A DNA stretch of 64,000 nucleotides from Deltaproteobacteria bacterium (GTDB lineage: Bacteria > CG2-30-53-67). Under the pieces are notes generated by a model. It was not told the origin of the DNA. It searched no databases and saw nothing but the letters and a program-made list of their open reading frames with translations. The position numbers and the translations under genes are program-made. Where the stretch lies: assembly GCA_013151235.1 (NCBI GenBank), contig JAADIO010000008.1:1-64000 (forward strand), in the 5' to 3' direction. Shown piece after piece: positions 63,268-64,000 of the stretch (position 1 is the first letter of the stretch; every line of letters begins with the position of its first letter).

Positions 63268-64000
63268 TCAGGGATAGAGCCCCCGGGCAAGCATGGCATC
63301 GGAAACTTTTTTGATCCCCTTGATCAACGCCGCCGTGCGCATACTGCTCTTTTCCCTTTCGGCAATACCGTAGACCTCATCAAAGGCGCGTGTGATGATC
63401 CGTTTCAACTGCATGAGAATTTCATCAATTTCCCAGAAGAAGTTCTGCAGGTCCTGGACCCATTCGAAATAGGAGACAATCACCCCGCCGGAGTTGGCCA
63501 GGATGTCGGGAATGACAAAGACCCCTCGGTCGTTCAGGATCCGGTCCGCCTCGATCGTCAGCGGCCCGTTGGCTCCTTCCGCCACGATCTTCGCCTGGAT
63601 GCGATCGGCATTCTTGTCATGAATCACCCCCGACACGGCGGCCGGAATCAGGACATCACAGGAAACGGTCAGAAGTTCTTCATTGGTAATCTGATCCCCC
63701 TCGTTGAAACAGGCAAAATTCCCGTGTTCCCTGTAACAGGCAACCAAATCCTGGAAGTTCAATCCGGAAGGATTGTAAATCCCGCCTTTGGAAGTGCTGA
63801 CGGCCACGAGGGTCCCGCCCATCTCTTCGATGGTCTTTGCCGCATTGGCGCCGACATTCCCGAAACCGTGGATGGCGAAGGTCGTCTCTTTGTCGATGCG
63901 GCTCCCTCTTTTTTCCAGCGCCTTGACGACAGTGTAGACCACCCCTCTCCCCGTCGCCTCGGTCCGTCCCTGCGATCCGCCGATCACGAGCGGTTTTCCC
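63268..64000 (-). CDS. gdhA: Glu/Leu/Phe/Val dehydrogenase (5' end outside the window)
   Basis: GKP..IGGSQGRTEATGRG, GFGNVG, EGANGP and PDILANSGGVIVSYFEWVQ motifs. Confidence 0.93.
   Translation of the reverse strand, partial: GKPLVIGGSQGRTEATGRGVVYTVVKALEKRGSRIDKETTFAIHGFGNVGANAAKTIEEMGGTLVAVSTSKGGIYNPSGLNFQDLVACYREHGNFACFNEGDQITNEELLTVSCDVLIPAAVSGVIHDKNADRIQAKIVAEGANGPLTIEADRILNDRGVFVIPDILANSGGVIVSYFEWVQDLQNFFWEIDEILMQLKRIITRAFDEVYGIAEREKSSMRTAALIKGIKKVSDAMLARGLYP

Overview
Bacterial chromosomal window, most consistent with a deltaproteobacterium (Desulfobacterota-like), probably from a scaffolded assembly (83-N gap at 3544-3626). From left to right: (1) a minus-strand locus with a sigma54-type promoter, dacB, a PpiC-type foldase and a giant (>4200 aa, running off the left edge) signal-peptide protein that combines lectin, LamG, Ig and FN3 domains with an RHS/YD core; (2) mgtE, frameshifted by an 8-bp duplication and preceded by a candidate acidic/Pro leader peptide, then proS and hisI-hisG; (3) a fatty-acid beta-oxidation operon (fadI, fadJ, two acyl-CoA dehydrogenases, etfB, small membrane protein, etfA, fadD) with a divergent START-like gene; (4) a decayed Y1/RAYT transposase and MITE-like ends beside a six-gene NosL / beta-barrel / MacB-FtsX-type ABC cluster, divergent from regB-regA with a perfect RegR-type box between them; (5) a stand-alone fusA plus ATPase; (6) a flagellar cluster flgFGAHIJ-flgNKL-csrA-fliW with displaced flgM, sigma54 and sigma28 promoters, and cheV; (7) an orphan lolD-like gene, frameshifted ppx, TPR, PHP and TauE genes, a HipBA-like module with three operators, and partial gdhA. 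I recognised no rRNA, tRNA or CRISPR array. The best candidates for undescribed systems are the RegAB-linked NosL-barrel/ABC cluster, the giant lectin-RHS locus and the mgtE leader peptide. All calls come from manual motif reading, with no database searches.
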